From Octopus sinensis (Eukaryota): a DNA stretch of 31,102 nt. Below are positions 9,491 through 21,484 of the stretch, in pieces. Both the position numbers and the translations under genes were made by a program. Location: the NCBI RefSeq assembly GCF_006345805.1, contig NW_021832367.1, positions 1 through 31,102 on the forward strand, written 5' to 3'. Numbering within the stretch: the first letter of the stretch is position 1; every line of letters starts with the position of its first letter. The notes under the pieces were generated by a model. It had not been told where the DNA came from. It saw only the letters and a list, made by a program, of their open reading frames with translations, and made no database searches.

Positions 9491-10772
9491 CGAGGGGCGT
9501 TCAATAAGTAATGCCCCTGACACACTTCCCTTTACAGTAGAGCAACGAAACTTGGCACAGTTATTAGTCCTTTTCTACACCCAGAGTTACGCATTTCTCC
9601 CATCGTTTGATGCCGCTCTGGAGACTGTTTTTGTAGAAGACCCCAGCTTGGTCCTCCAACCACGACGTGACTTCAGAAATCAAGGCTGCATCATCTGGGA
9701 AACGCTTTATTTTCAAAAACAACTTCATGGCTGGGAAGAGGTGAAAATGAGAGTGTGCAAGGTCAGGAGAGTAGGGTGATGGGGGCGGAGTTCATAGCCG
9801 CACGCCTGTACTTCTGATCTGGCGACACGCGAGTTGTGGACCGGAGCGTTGTCCTGAAGGAGGAGGATGCCTTTGCTGATCTTGCCCCGCCTCTTGATTT
9901 TGATAGCTTCTCTTAATTTCCTCAAAAGTGAAGCATAATAGGCTCCTGCAATTGTGGTACCCTTGGCCAGGAAATCTGTCATCACTACTCCGTCCTGGTC
10001 CCAGAAGACTGTGAGCATGACCTTGCCAGCGGAGGGCTGCACCCTTGCCTTCTTTGGAGGAGGTGAGTCACGGTGCTTCCACTGCATTGACTGGGCTTTG
10101 GTCTCTGGATCATAGTGATGGACCCAGATTTCATCCTGTGTAATCAGTCTTTTGAAAAATTTTGACTCATCTTCTTGGCACATCTCCAAATTCATCCTCG
10201 AGCCCTCGACGCGTTCTTGCTTCTGGAAAGGTGTGAGCAACTTGGGAATCCATCTGGCAGACACCTTTTGCATATGCAAATGGTCATGAATGATAGTTTC
10301 CACAGACCCGGTACTAATCTTGACCTCATGGGCTATTTGGCGAATAGTTATGCGTCGATCTTCCAAAATGGCAGCCTCAACTTGACGGACAAATGCCTCA
10401 TCAATGGCAGAAGGGGGCGACCAGATCTGGGAGCTGTTTCCACAGAGTTCCGACCATGTTTGAATTCATGATGCCAGCGTTTTACAAGATCATATGATGG
10501 GGCATCATCACCAAAAGTTACTTTCATTTCATCAAAAGTCTCCCGTGGTGTGCGTCCTATCAAATACAAAACCTGGATCACTGCTCGACACTCAACAGGC
10601 TCCATTTCACACTTGACTCAGTTCAAACACCTGTAAATCAGAGACCACAATTAGTACAGAGCTGTAATTTACTACTTAATCTGTAGAGATATGAATAATT
10701 GCACATGCAAAATTTCAGCTAGATCAAACAATTGCAAATGGGTCAGGGGCATTACTTATTGAGCGTCCCCCG
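9491..10772 (-). mobile_element. Full-length mariner (Tc1/mariner superfamily) DNA transposon, 1282 bp
   Basis: 31-bp TIRs cgaggggcgttcaataagtaatgcccctgac (9491-9521) and gtcaggggcattacttattgagcgtcccccg (10742-10772), 28/31 matching; TA on both sides (9489-9490, 10773-10774); internal transposase. Confidence 0.97.
9564..10605 (-). pseudogene. Mariner DD34D-type transposase, frameshifted
   Basis: HTH N-terminus (MEPVECRAVI...RSGRP), WIPKLL (WVPxxL motif), ITQDEIW, QDNAPVH, and after a frameshift YSPDLAHSHFHLF (third catalytic D reads H); two frameshifts; stop at 9564-9566. Confidence 0.93.
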
Positions 10773-10778
10773 TATATG

Positions 10779-10813
<35 letters not shown>

Positions 10814-10817
<4 letters not shown>

Positions 10818-11220
10818 TATAAAATTAAATTAAGGGTAAAAATTGATATTTATCAATTAGAACCAGTGGTCTAGCATATTAAAGAAAGAATCCGAAGATT
10901 AAAATATTTATATATACCAATTAAGGACTGAACACGAAAAGTGGACAGTCAACATGCTAGATATAGACGTCAAATCGCCCTTCTCCACAAAAAGTCTATG
11001 TTCTCAGATCAAACTCAACACCAAACCAAAACAATAAACAAGTGCGAAACTAAATTTAGTACATGGGTAAATATTTATTTCGTATATTTTTCACTTGTTT
11101 ATTGTTTAGGTTTGGTGTTGAGTTTGATCTGAGAACATAGACTTTTTGTGGAGAAGGGCGATTTGACGTCTATATCTAGCATGTTGACTGTCCACTTTTC
11201 GTGTTCAGTCCTTAATTGGT
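10814..11220. mobile_element. Fold-back non-coding element (129-bp arms) with the 3' half of a hammerhead in the spacer; relative of the 466-nt family
   Basis: 10916-11044 is the reverse complement of 11092-11220 (one mismatch seen). Spacer has GAA-ACTAAATTTAGT-A. The following gggtaaatatttatttcgtatatttttcactt and the 10814-10880 end resemble the neighbouring 11242-12421 element. Confidence 0.7.
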
Positions 11221-11384
11221 ATATATATATATATATATATAAATTATTAGATCGTTACCACTATGCGGATAGCTCAAGTGCTAAAAATAGCTCCGATAGT
11301 ATAGCCACAGAATAAGATGTTTCCAATTAGAAATAACATACATTTAACGGAAGGAAAGTGAAATATAACGAATAAATAGATTGA

Positions 11385-11459
11385 CCCTGAACAAATTGTT
11401 TCATTACTAATGTAATATGTAATTTTACTTACATAAACATCTATAAATCATCAGCAGAG
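11385..11459 (-). ncRNA. Type-I hammerhead ribozyme (inverted monomer)
   Basis: Reverse complement of 12099-12173. Confidence 0.75.
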
Positions 11460-12098
11460 GTTTGTCTTAAATACAATTTATTAGACCAACACGAGCGTCA
11501 AAAACACGTGCGGTTTAACCAATTGCATTTTTAGTTATGCCTCAAATTCCCCGCCAAAAGCATGCTAAGACTCTTTGGAAACGTATGCTGCATCAAATAA
11601 AATATTTACTGCCGCATAATTAAATTTATAAATTTATAAATGAGGGTGAAAAATTGATATTAATTTAATAATACGATTAATTTAACACCGAGTGGCTTAG
11701 CACAAAAAAAAACTATTTATTCGTTATATTTCACTTTCCTTCCGTTAAATGTATGTTATTTCTAATTGAAAACATCTTTTTCTGTGGCTATACTATCGGA
11801 GCTATTTTTAGCACTAGAGCTATCCACATAGTGGTAACTATCTAATAATTAATGTATAAATTTGTATTTTCTCCGTAGTTTTTTGTGCTAAGCCACTTGG
11901 TGTTAAATTAATGGTATTATTAAATTAATATCAATTTTTCACCCTCATTTATAAATTTATAAATTTAATTATGCAGCAGTAAATATTTTATTTGATGCAG
12001 CATACGTTTCCAAAGAGTCTTAGCATGCTTTTGGCGGGGAATTTGAGGCATAACTAAAAATGCTCGTGTTGGTCTAATAAATTGTATTTAAGACAAAC

Positions 12099-12173
12099 CT
12101 CTGCTGATGATTTATAGATGTTTATGTAAGTAAAATTACATATTACATTAGTAATGAAACAATTTGTTCAGGG
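12099..12173 (+). ncRNA. Type-I hammerhead ribozyme with long AU-rich stem II
   Basis: Stem I CTCTG/CAGGG; core CTGATGA; stem II capped by tatgtaa-gtaaaa-ttacata; GAAA; stem III ACA-att-TGT; GUU triplet (cut after 12168). Confidence 0.77.
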
Positions 12174-12898
12174 TCAATCTATTTATTCGTTATATTTCAC
12201 TTTCCTTCCGGTAAATGTATGTTATTTCTAATTAGAAACATCTTTTACTGTGGCTATACTATCGGAGCTATTTTTAGCACTAGAGTTATCTACATAGTGG
12301 TAACGATCTAATAATTAATGTATAAATTTGTATTTTCTCCGTAGTTTTTTGTGCTAAGCCACTCGGTGTTAAATTAATGGTATCATTAAATTAATATCAA
12401 TTTTTCACCCTCATTTATAAATATATATATATATATATATCAAGTGTGTATAAAAGTTTATATACGTTGAGAATCCTACCATGTGGATTTCTTACATGCT
12501 AAAGAGGGCAAGCCACGGTACTGGACGAATATATTCTTAAGGCCAACTTTTATTAACCCGCTTGTAGTTCTAGCCTTCTTCACTAATTCTGTTTTCAACC
12601 ATACTGAATGCCCTATATCTTAGCTATGATAATCCAATCCCGAGCTATATTTGAATCTTATGATAATCCTATGATAATCCAATCCTGAGCTATATTTGAA
12701 TCTAAAAATAATTGAAACAAAAAATTAATTTATTGAAGTTTTCAAAATCAGATAAAAAATATTACCTAATATTCTGTCTTCGATGGCATTCTTTACTTTA
12801 ATACAAATATATTTTGCTCTCCCTCGTTTCACGTGTATACATATATTCATATTTTGTATTTAATGTATTGAATATATTTCACATATTTGATGTGTCAG

Positions 12899-13295
12899 GG
12901 CGGCGAACTGGCTCAATCGTTAGCACGTCGGGCGAACTGCCTCGTGGTATTTCGTCTGCCGTTACGTTCTGAGTTCAAATTCCGCCGAGGTAGACTTTGC
13001 CTTTCATCCTTTCAAGGTCGATTAAGTAAGTACCAGTTACGCAATGGGGTCGAAATAATCGACTTAATCCGTTTGTCTGTTCTTGTTCGTCCCCTCTGTG
13101 TTTAGCCCCTTTTGGGTAGTAAAGAAATTAGTATTTCATGTCTTTACATTCTGAGTTCAAATTCCGCCGGGGTCGACTTTTCCTTTCATCCTTTCGGGGA
13201 TCGATAAATTAAGTACCAGTTAAACAATGGGGTCGATGTAATCGACTAGCTCCTCCCCCAAAATTTCGTGCCTTGTGCCTAGAGTAGAAAAGAAT
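12899..13295 (+). mobile_element. tRNA-derived SINE plus a second 5'-truncated copy
   Basis: Head ggcggcgaacTGGCTCAATCGTTAG (A-box-like) and GAGTTCAAATTCC (B-box); body repeated from ~13131; same family at 29568. Confidence 0.82.
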
Positions 13296-13476
13296 ATATT
13301 TGGTGAGTCTAATTTGTTTATCCAATCAACTTGATTCCTCTTTAAGCCTTTCTTTACCTTGTGAAAAAATCCCCCTCTATAGACACCGGAGCCCATGTTT
13401 GATTTTTTTTAGCACTATTAGTCTTCTATAGAGAGAGTCTTTGGATGTCATTTGTGAAATCTATATGTATATTTTA

Positions 13477-13894
13477 TGGCACTCCGTCGGTTACGACGAT
13501 GAGGGTTCCAGTTGATCCAATCAACGGAACATCCTGCTCGTGAAATTAATTTGCAAGTGGCTGAGCACCCCACAGACATGTGTACTCTTAATGTAGTTCT
13601 CGGGGAGATTCAGCAAGATTCAGTGTGTGTCAAGGCTGGCCCTTTCAAAAATAAATACAACAAAAACCGGAAGTGAGAAATTTGTGTTGAAAGAGTACAG
13701 CAGTGCTCACCAACACCCACTGCCGGAACCTCGAGGAGCTTTAGGTGTTTTCGTTCAGTAAACACTCACAACACCCGGTCTGGGAATCGAAACCGTGATC
13801 CTATGATCACGAGTCAGCTGCCCTAACTATTGAGCCATTGCGTCTCCACGAAGTATTTCGCCCGGCGGGCTAACGTCTCTGCCACTTTGCCGCC
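13477..13894 (-). mobile_element. tRNA-derived SINE (13477-13847) preceded by the head of a second SINE family (13849-13894)
   Basis: Minus strand ggagacgcaaTGGCTCAATAGTTAGGG...GGTTTCGATTCCC (A/B boxes). The upstream ggcggcaaagtggcagagacgttagcccgccgggcgaaat matches the 12899/29568 head. Confidence 0.75.
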
Positions 13895-14661
13895 TTAATT
13901 AACAAGGATATGATAGCAGCCATACTAAAGTGATGGAATTATGTTTTATACGCATCAGTATTGATACATTGGAATCCATTAACGGTAAATGGAAGTTTAA
14001 CTGGTCAGTCAATGGTCAGTTTTATTGAAAAGGTGCAATTTAGATTACTGGTATTAGAACAAAATTATCTTTAAACCAGTTAGATTAACTTGGTCTACAA
14101 AAATTCCGGTGATTTTTGTTTTAACTAATCATATAAGTATATATATAATATAATAATTGCGAAAACTAATTTCTGTGTGTCAGTGTGTCACACTTAGACC
14201 CCTCTCTCACTATTCAATGACACTCCTACTATTCCTCATGAAACAGTGAGAGTAATAGTAGACATAGAGACGGTGAGGGCGATGGTGAAGACAGAGAGAG
14301 AAATAAAAAGAGAGGGAGAGAGAGAGAGAGACAAAGAAATTTAGGGAGCGTTGATGTTTTATTAAAAGTAGTAATGTTGATGGTGGCAGTGGGAGTAATA
14401 ACAAAAGAGAGAGAAAGAGGGAGAAGAAGTACAGCTTTGTTTAACTTTGTCTCTTTGACGGAAATTCCTGCAGCTGACATACTGAATACTATCGTTTTAG
14501 TGGTGACCGCACCGCATCCTGTTTTTCATTATTTTCCCCAACCTAAAAGAGGCCACCACCCTTGAACTCATGTCTCATGCCAGTGGCTATACAATGGTAA
14601 AGAACTAACTAAATAAATGGTAAAAGACATTTAAAATTCAAAAGAAATCCCTCCACATCCT

Positions 14662-15065
<404 letters not shown>

Positions 15066-15470
15066 CTCTATGGTGGTGGTGGCGGTAGCCGGGGCAGTCA
15101 GTGAAAGAAAGCGATGTGAAAGACTGTGGTGATGGTGGTGGAGGGGAAAGTGACGAAGTCAAATATATTGATGGTGGTGGCGTCAGAAGTCTGAATGATG
15201 TGTGTATGGCAGTTGAGGTAGCAACGGTAGTGGCGCTGGTGATAGTCAACAGAAAGAGAAAGAGGGAGAGAGAGAAAGAAGGAGGTTAGACAGAAAATAT
15301 TGCATTGACCCCTGAACGGGAAGACAAAAGATGTTGTTTATCCTGCAACTTTGCAATAAGTTGTTCATTGCTTGAACAATATCGGTCAAGTTGTAAAAAG
15401 ATTTAATATGTACTCAATGCATGAAGTGTCGTTGTTGGGCCCAAGGATCGACAGGGCGGCTTTTAAACGA

Positions 15471-15514
<44 letters not shown>

Positions 15515-15602
15515 AGGAAAAATTTTTTTAAAAAAACAGAATGCTCAAATGAAAGAAAATTTTAATAAAATGAGAAAATGATAAAATATATAAATATATA
15601 TT

Positions 15603-15642
15603 TATTCAACCGGTTTTCGTCATGTATGACTTGTCAAGAATA
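15603..15642 (-). ncRNA. pLTR hammerhead variant (3' pLTR)
   Basis: tattc-TTGACAA-gtca..tgac-GAAAACCGGTT-gaata; same motif as 20216-20256, one base shorter in loop II. Confidence 0.65.
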
Positions 15643-16279
15643 TTTATGTTTTAAGAAGTTATTTTAAAATTAGAATGTGAAAAAAAGAAAATTGCATTGT
15701 TTTTTGTAAAAGAATAATGATAAAAATGTACAAAAATTAAAAAATAAGTTCTCCGATACATTGTGAGTTCGTTGTGTATGAGTTTTATGGTTGTTTACCA
15801 AAAAATTCCTGAGGTGTTAAGATCCAAAGGGATTAAGAGCATGTGATGTGTTGTGTTGTTAAATTCAGCATGTTGCCAGGACAGGAAGTAGTAGTAATTG
15901 TGGTCCTGGTTCTTCAGTCCTGTGTTGTGGGTAAGGGGGGAGACAACTCTTTTGAGTCTTCAATAAAACCCAAATTATAAAACTATCATTTTAGCTTCAT
16001 TTGCATTATCTTTTTTATATAACTTGTTAATAATTATTTTTATAATTCACTTTTCAGTTTTAACACTTTATTTATATTATTTTCTAATAATATAAATCTG
16101 CATAGACAATTGCATTTCAAATTGTCATATCATTTATAGTAAAAATGATAGTAATAACAACAATAGTAAAAATGATATTTAAAGAATATAAGTTTTAGCT
16201 TGAAGTGATGAATGCATGGTATCTTTATATATTTGTGTTAGTCCATCCATGAAGAGTGAGGTAGAGAAAGGAAGTTTGA

Positions 16280-19200
16280 TCAACGAGGAGTTTGCATATT
16301 AAGTTGTGTTTGGAATTTTTTCAATAAAGAGATTCTCCTTGTTAATTCCTCCTGTGTGGTGATCCCGTCTTTACATTGGTAGAAGGGGAATATATAGAAT
16401 TTGGGGTTTAAGTCTTTAGCACATGAGTCTAAGTGGTCACTCAGTGGAATTTGTCGGTATTCCGGAAGGTTTATTTGTTCTTTATGCACCGTTACTCGTT
16501 ACGTAACGGGAGACTCGTTTGTCCAACATAATTATGTTGGCAACCAGCGCATGTGAGAACGTAGATAAGGTTCTCGGAGGAACAGGAGAAGTTAGTCTTG
16601 ATTTTAAACTTCGTACCTTGTTTGAAGGTAAATTCAGAGCCTTCAAGTAGAAAGGGGCAGGTACCACAGTTTGAGCGTGCACATTTTTTTACTGTTGGGG
16701 GTGGATTGTGGTGTGTGAAGTTTGGCATTTGTCAAGAGTTTTTTTAAAGATTTGTGTTGCCTTTTGCATTTGAGGATTTTGTGTGTGTATTATAATGTTT
16801 TTCATTTTGGGTCTGTTGACAGTAGACTGAGGTTTTGTATGATTGTGGTGTATGCTTCGATATTTTTGGGGTTGTGGGTGGAAATGTATGGAAGTATTTT
16901 GAGGTTGTGTGTGGTGTTAGGTTGGGTGGTTTTCAGTGTAGTGTTGTCTAGTTCTTTGGCGCGTTTTATTCCATACTCTATAAGGGTGGAGGGATATTGA
17001 CGTTGTAATAGTGTTTTTTGAGGTCTTGAAGGCGTATTTCTCGTGTTTTGGATCCGAGACAATGGTGCATACCCTTTTAGCTAAATTGAAAGGGATATTT
17101 GTCTTGGTGTGTTTTGGGTGGCATGAACTAAAGAGGAGGTATTGTTGTGAGTCTGTAGGTTTGTGGTAGATGTCTGTTATGATTTGGTTCTTAGGTGTTT
17201 TTATAATTAGGAGATCAAGGAATGGGAGATGATGTTTGCTTAATTCCATAGTGAATTGGATGTTGGGATGTATGTTGTTTAGTATGGTTTTGAATTCCAG
17301 GAGTTTTTCATAAGGTTCTTTCCATATGATGAAACAATCATCTAAATACCTTTTCCAGTTTTCCATTAGGTAGGTGTGGAAAACATGTCCAATTTCTGGC
17401 TTGATATTTCATAGAGTGACAGTTCGAAGTAACCCATTATGAGGTTCGCAAGGACTGGTGCAGCCTTGGTACCCATCGCAATGCCACATTTTTGACGGTA
17501 GTGTGTGTCGTCGAAGAGAAAAAAATTGTTTGTCAGAATGAACTTAAGAGATTCTGTAATAAAAGACTTGTTAATGCGGTCAGGGAATGTCTCTGGGTGT
17601 TTTTCTAGCCAGAAGTCAATTGCCTCTATACCATACTCGGTGGAATGTTGGTGTAGAGGTTGATGACATCAAAGGATACCAGGAGTGCCTCCTCGTTAAC
17701 TGTTTTCGGGAGGTGTTTGAGCATGTCCAGATCATCCCTAATGAAACTTTTGATGTGGGTAAGGAAAGGTTTCAAAAGGATGTCTAGGAAGTTACTCAGG
17801 CGGTGTGTTTCACAGGAGGTACCAGCCACGATGGGCCTTAGTTTTAGGTCCTCCGGTGCTTTGATGTTGATGTGGATGTCAGTGGAGAGTTTGCAGGCTT
17901 CGGTGATGTATTTGTTTTTATGGATTTTAGGAAGGCCATAAAAAAGGCTGGGCTTGCATTTGAAAATGGTGATATAATCCCTTTCTTTTTCTGTGAGTCC
18001 CTGACCGTGTTGGCGTATGAGTGTGGTGAGGTTTCTGATTGTTTTTTGCTGTTTGTAGTTGTTAATAACCTCATAGAAAATGTTATTGTTAGCATGGGAA
18101 CACTAGGTGTTTATAAAATTCCGTGTCCATAAGGACCACAGCACTCCCCTTGTCCGCTTCTTTGATGGTGAGGTTTTTATCCAGTTGTATGTCACGTAGG
18201 TTTTCCCATTCTTCCTTACTGAAATTGGATTTTACCTTGGTTTTGCTTGGGGTAAAGGGGAGACTCTGGATGTGTTTACAGAAATCGTCCAGTGTTTTAT
18301 TTCTCCCTTTTGGTGGTAGGAAGTTGCTTTTATTTCTGATCAATGAATCGTCCCCATTGTTGATATCTGTCAAAGCTTCTGTTAGGCGAAGTTTTCTGCA
18401 GAATTCAGAAACGTCATCCTTGACCTCCGGGGGGTTGGGTGTTCTTGGGGTGGGTGTGAATTTCAAACCTCTTGCTAGGATGTTGATTTGGGTGGGTGTC
18501 AGTGTTTTGCTGGAGAGATTTATAATTTTTGTTTTCTTATTTTGGGTCTGTGTTAGCGGTGGTGTTGTATTTTTCCCCTCTGTCTAAAAAATGGTTGTTG
18601 AGGTAAGGGGTGTATTCTTTGTTAAAGTTCTGGTTGTATGTGTAGGAGTGTTTTTGGGTGGGGAGGTTGGAGGGGGGTAGGTAGTTGTCGTATTTGTGTT
18701 GGTATGGGATGCGATGGTGTAAGGATTTGTGAGAAATGCGATGGGTTTGTGGGTGTGTGACTGGTAGATTGTATGGGGGGATGTAGGGGGGTATGTAGTT
18801 GTGGTGATTGGGTTCGTGTGGGATGTGAGGGTTTGGAGATCTGTAGGAGATGTGGTAGGAATGTGGTTGTTGGATGGGTGGACTATAGGGGGTTCGTTGG
18901 GTGGGGGGGTCTTATATGTATCGGTGTGGGTAGGATGCCTTGTTTGTTATTAGTGTGAAGGAGGGGAGCCTTGAGGGGGGGATAATTTCTAGTGTATGGG
19001 AGGTTCTTGAAGGTTCTAATCGGTGGGGGAGGGGTGTTAGAGTGATTGGAAAACCAGTTTTGTGGTGGGTCTTGTTGAGATGTTTCGGGGGGGAAAAGGT
19101 TTTTTATATGGTGGGGGGAGGTGGTGTCTGTGTCCTGTAGGAGGGGGTTTGGAGAGTATGTGTATTTGAGGTGCGGTTTGGAATGGTGTTTATGGGGTAC

Positions 19201-20047
19201 AGTGGAAGTCTGTGTTGTGGGGTACTTTTATGAATGGGTTTTTGGATTTATGGTTTAATATGAATTGTGTTTCATAGTTGAGGAAGAAATCTTTGTTGTT
19301 TTCCCAGCGTTTGAGGGAGGTTCGTTCTTCCTTTTCACATTCATCTTTCCATAGTTTAATAACAAGTTCGAGGGCTGTTCGTTGGTGTGTGAGGTTAGTT
19401 CTAGAAGTATCTCATCGTCTATTTTTGTGTATTTTTGTTCGTGGTTTTGTGCTCTGAGTTTTAGAAGTTCTACTTCGGTTTTCATTTTTTCCAATGTTAG
19501 TTTTTCTCTTAGGGAGCGTTGTTTTTCAGGTTCGTCTGGGTGTTTGATTTGGAATTTTCGGGGTAGTATGATAGGGGAGGAGTTTAACCATTTGTCGTAA
19601 ATTTCAGCTTTGTTTTGGTTTTTGAGCATGTTCCAGAAGAGAAGTTTTCTGTTGTGTAGTTTCTTAGTCCAAGTAGTGATGATCTGGTTTTTAATGCGTT
19701 GTGCTGGGGTTGAAATGTGTTCTTTCTGTGTGTTGGGTGGTGTCTGAGGTCTCTTCGGCGTTGAATTGGTAAGTAGAGTTTTCAGTGTAGTGTTGATTTC
19801 ATTTAGGTTTACATCTATCTTATCCGAAAGTAGAGTTTTCAGTGTAGTGTTGATTTCGTTTAGGTTTACATCAATTTTATCCGAAAGTTGTTGATGATGG
19901 TGTTTTCTGAGTTTTCCGGGATTGAAGGAGAAGTTCGTCAATTTTTTTGGAGAATGTAAGTAGATGTGTATTGAGTACTTTGAGTTCTTTTAGAATGGTC
20001 TTATTGGTGACTGTCTCTGTAAGAGTGCTCTTGTTTTTCGGAGGCAT
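16280..20047 (-). pseudogene. Penelope-like polyprotein: long N-terminal region, reverse transcriptase, Cys linker, GIY-YIG endonuclease (multiple frameshifts)
   Basis: ATG at 20047 (MPPKNKSTL...). RT motifs TIKEADKGSAVV, FYGLPKIHK, LRPIVAG, SFDVINLYTNIP, GIAMGT, RYLDDCF, LPFLDL, IYHKPT. Linker CARSNCGTC. Endonuclease NLIYVLTCAGCQHNYVGQT...H...H with ERINKENLFIEKF-type end. Confidence 0.93.
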
Positions 20048-20215
20048 TCTGAATCACACGTGTGGTAGAGGGTACAGATCAATAAATGGTGGGGTTGTGT
20101 TGACCGCACGTGGAGAAATGATAAGTAAGGAAAAATTTTTTTAAAAAAACAGAATGCTCAAATGAAAGAAAATTTTAATAAAATGAGAAAATGATAAAAT
20201 ATATAAATATATATT

Positions 20216-20256
20216 TATTCAACCGGTTTTCGTCATTGTATGACTTGTCAAGAATA
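20216..20256 (-). ncRNA. pLTR hammerhead variant ~170 nt upstream of the PLE start codon
   Basis: Stem I TATTC/GAATA; core TTGACAA (U3-A8 covariant); stem II GTCAT-aca-ATGAC; GAAA plus one extra A; palindrome ACCGGT; GUU triplet. Confidence 0.7.
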
Positions 20257-21440
20257 TTTATGTTTTAAGAAGTTATTTTAAAAATTAGAAATGTGAAAAA
20301 AAGAAAATTGCATTGTTTTTTGTAAAAGAATAATGATAAAAATGTACAAAAATTAAAAAATAAGTTCTCCGATACATTGTGAGTTCGTTGTGTATCTTGA
20401 GTTTTATGGTTGTTTACCAAAAAATTACCTTGAGGTGTTAAGATCCAAAGGGATTAAGAGCATGTGATGTGTTGTGTTGTTAAATTCAGCATGTTGCAGG
20501 ACAGGAAGTAGTAGTAATTGTGGTCCTGGTTCTTCAGTTCCTGTTTGTGGGTAAGGGGAGACAACTCTTTTGAGTTCTTCAATAAAACCCAAATTATAAA
20601 ACTATCATTTTAGCTTCATTTGCATTATCTTTTTTATATAATTGCTTGTTAACTTAACTTTCAGATTTTAACACTTTATTTATATTATTTTCTAATAATA
20701 TAAATCTGCATAGACAATTGCATTTCAAATTGTCATATCATTATAGTAAAAATGATAGTAATAACAACAATAGTAAAAATGATATTTAAAGAATAAAGTT
20801 TTAGCTTGAAGTGATGAATGCATGGTATCTTTATATATATTTGTGTTAGTCCATCCATGAAGAGTGAGGTAGAGAAAGGAAGTTTGATCAACGAGGAGTT
20901 TGCATATTAAGTTGTGTTTGGAATTTTTCAATAAAGAGATTCTCCTTGTTAATTCTCTCCTGTGTGGTGATCCCGTCTTTACATTGGTAGAAGGGGAATA
21001 TATAGAATTTGGGGTTTAAGTCTTTAGCACATGAGTCTAAGTGGTCACTCAGTGGAATTTGTCGGTATTCCGGAAGGTTTATTTGTTCTTTATGCACCGT
21101 TACTCGTTTACGTAACGGGAGACTCGTTTGTCCAACATAATTATGTTGGCAACCAGCGCATGTGAGAACGTAGATAAGGTTCTCGGAGGAACAGGAGAAG
21201 TTAGTCTTGATTTTAAACTTCGTACCTTGTTTGAAGGTCTTAATCCCTTCCCTTTGGATCTTAACACCTCAAGGTAATTTTTTGGTAAACAACCATAAAA
21301 CTCAAGATACACAACGAACTCACAATGTATCGGAGAACTTATTTTTTAATTTTTGTACATTTTATCATTAGTTTTTACAAAACAATGCAATTTTCTTTTT
21401 TCACATTTCTAATTTTTAAAATAACTTCTTAAAACATAAA

Positions 21441-21484
21441 TATTCTTGACAAGTCATACAATGACGAAAACCGGTTTTTGAATA
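21441..21484 (+). ncRNA. pLTR hammerhead variant (inverted pLTR)
   Basis: tattc-TTGACAA-gtcatacaatgac-GAAAACCGG-ttttt-gaata; extra Ts at the cleavage site. Confidence 0.58.

Larger units (their letters stand above)
11242..12421. mobile_element. Retrozyme-like array: ~466-nt monomer, ~1 inverted copy followed by ~1.5 tandem copies
   Basis: tatttattcgttatatttcac recurs at 11714 and 12180 (period 466). 11242-11713 is a circularly permuted reverse-complement copy with a ~30-bp insert near 11497-11526. (TA)n on both sides. Confidence 0.85.

Noticed and set aside
12625-12702. ~34-bp local direct duplication (tatgataatccaatcc.gagctatatttgaatct)
   Set aside because: Ordinary slippage duplication with no further structure.
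16722-20144. Plus-strand ORFs overlapping the PLE
   Set aside because: Antisense shadows of the minus-strand RT ORF.
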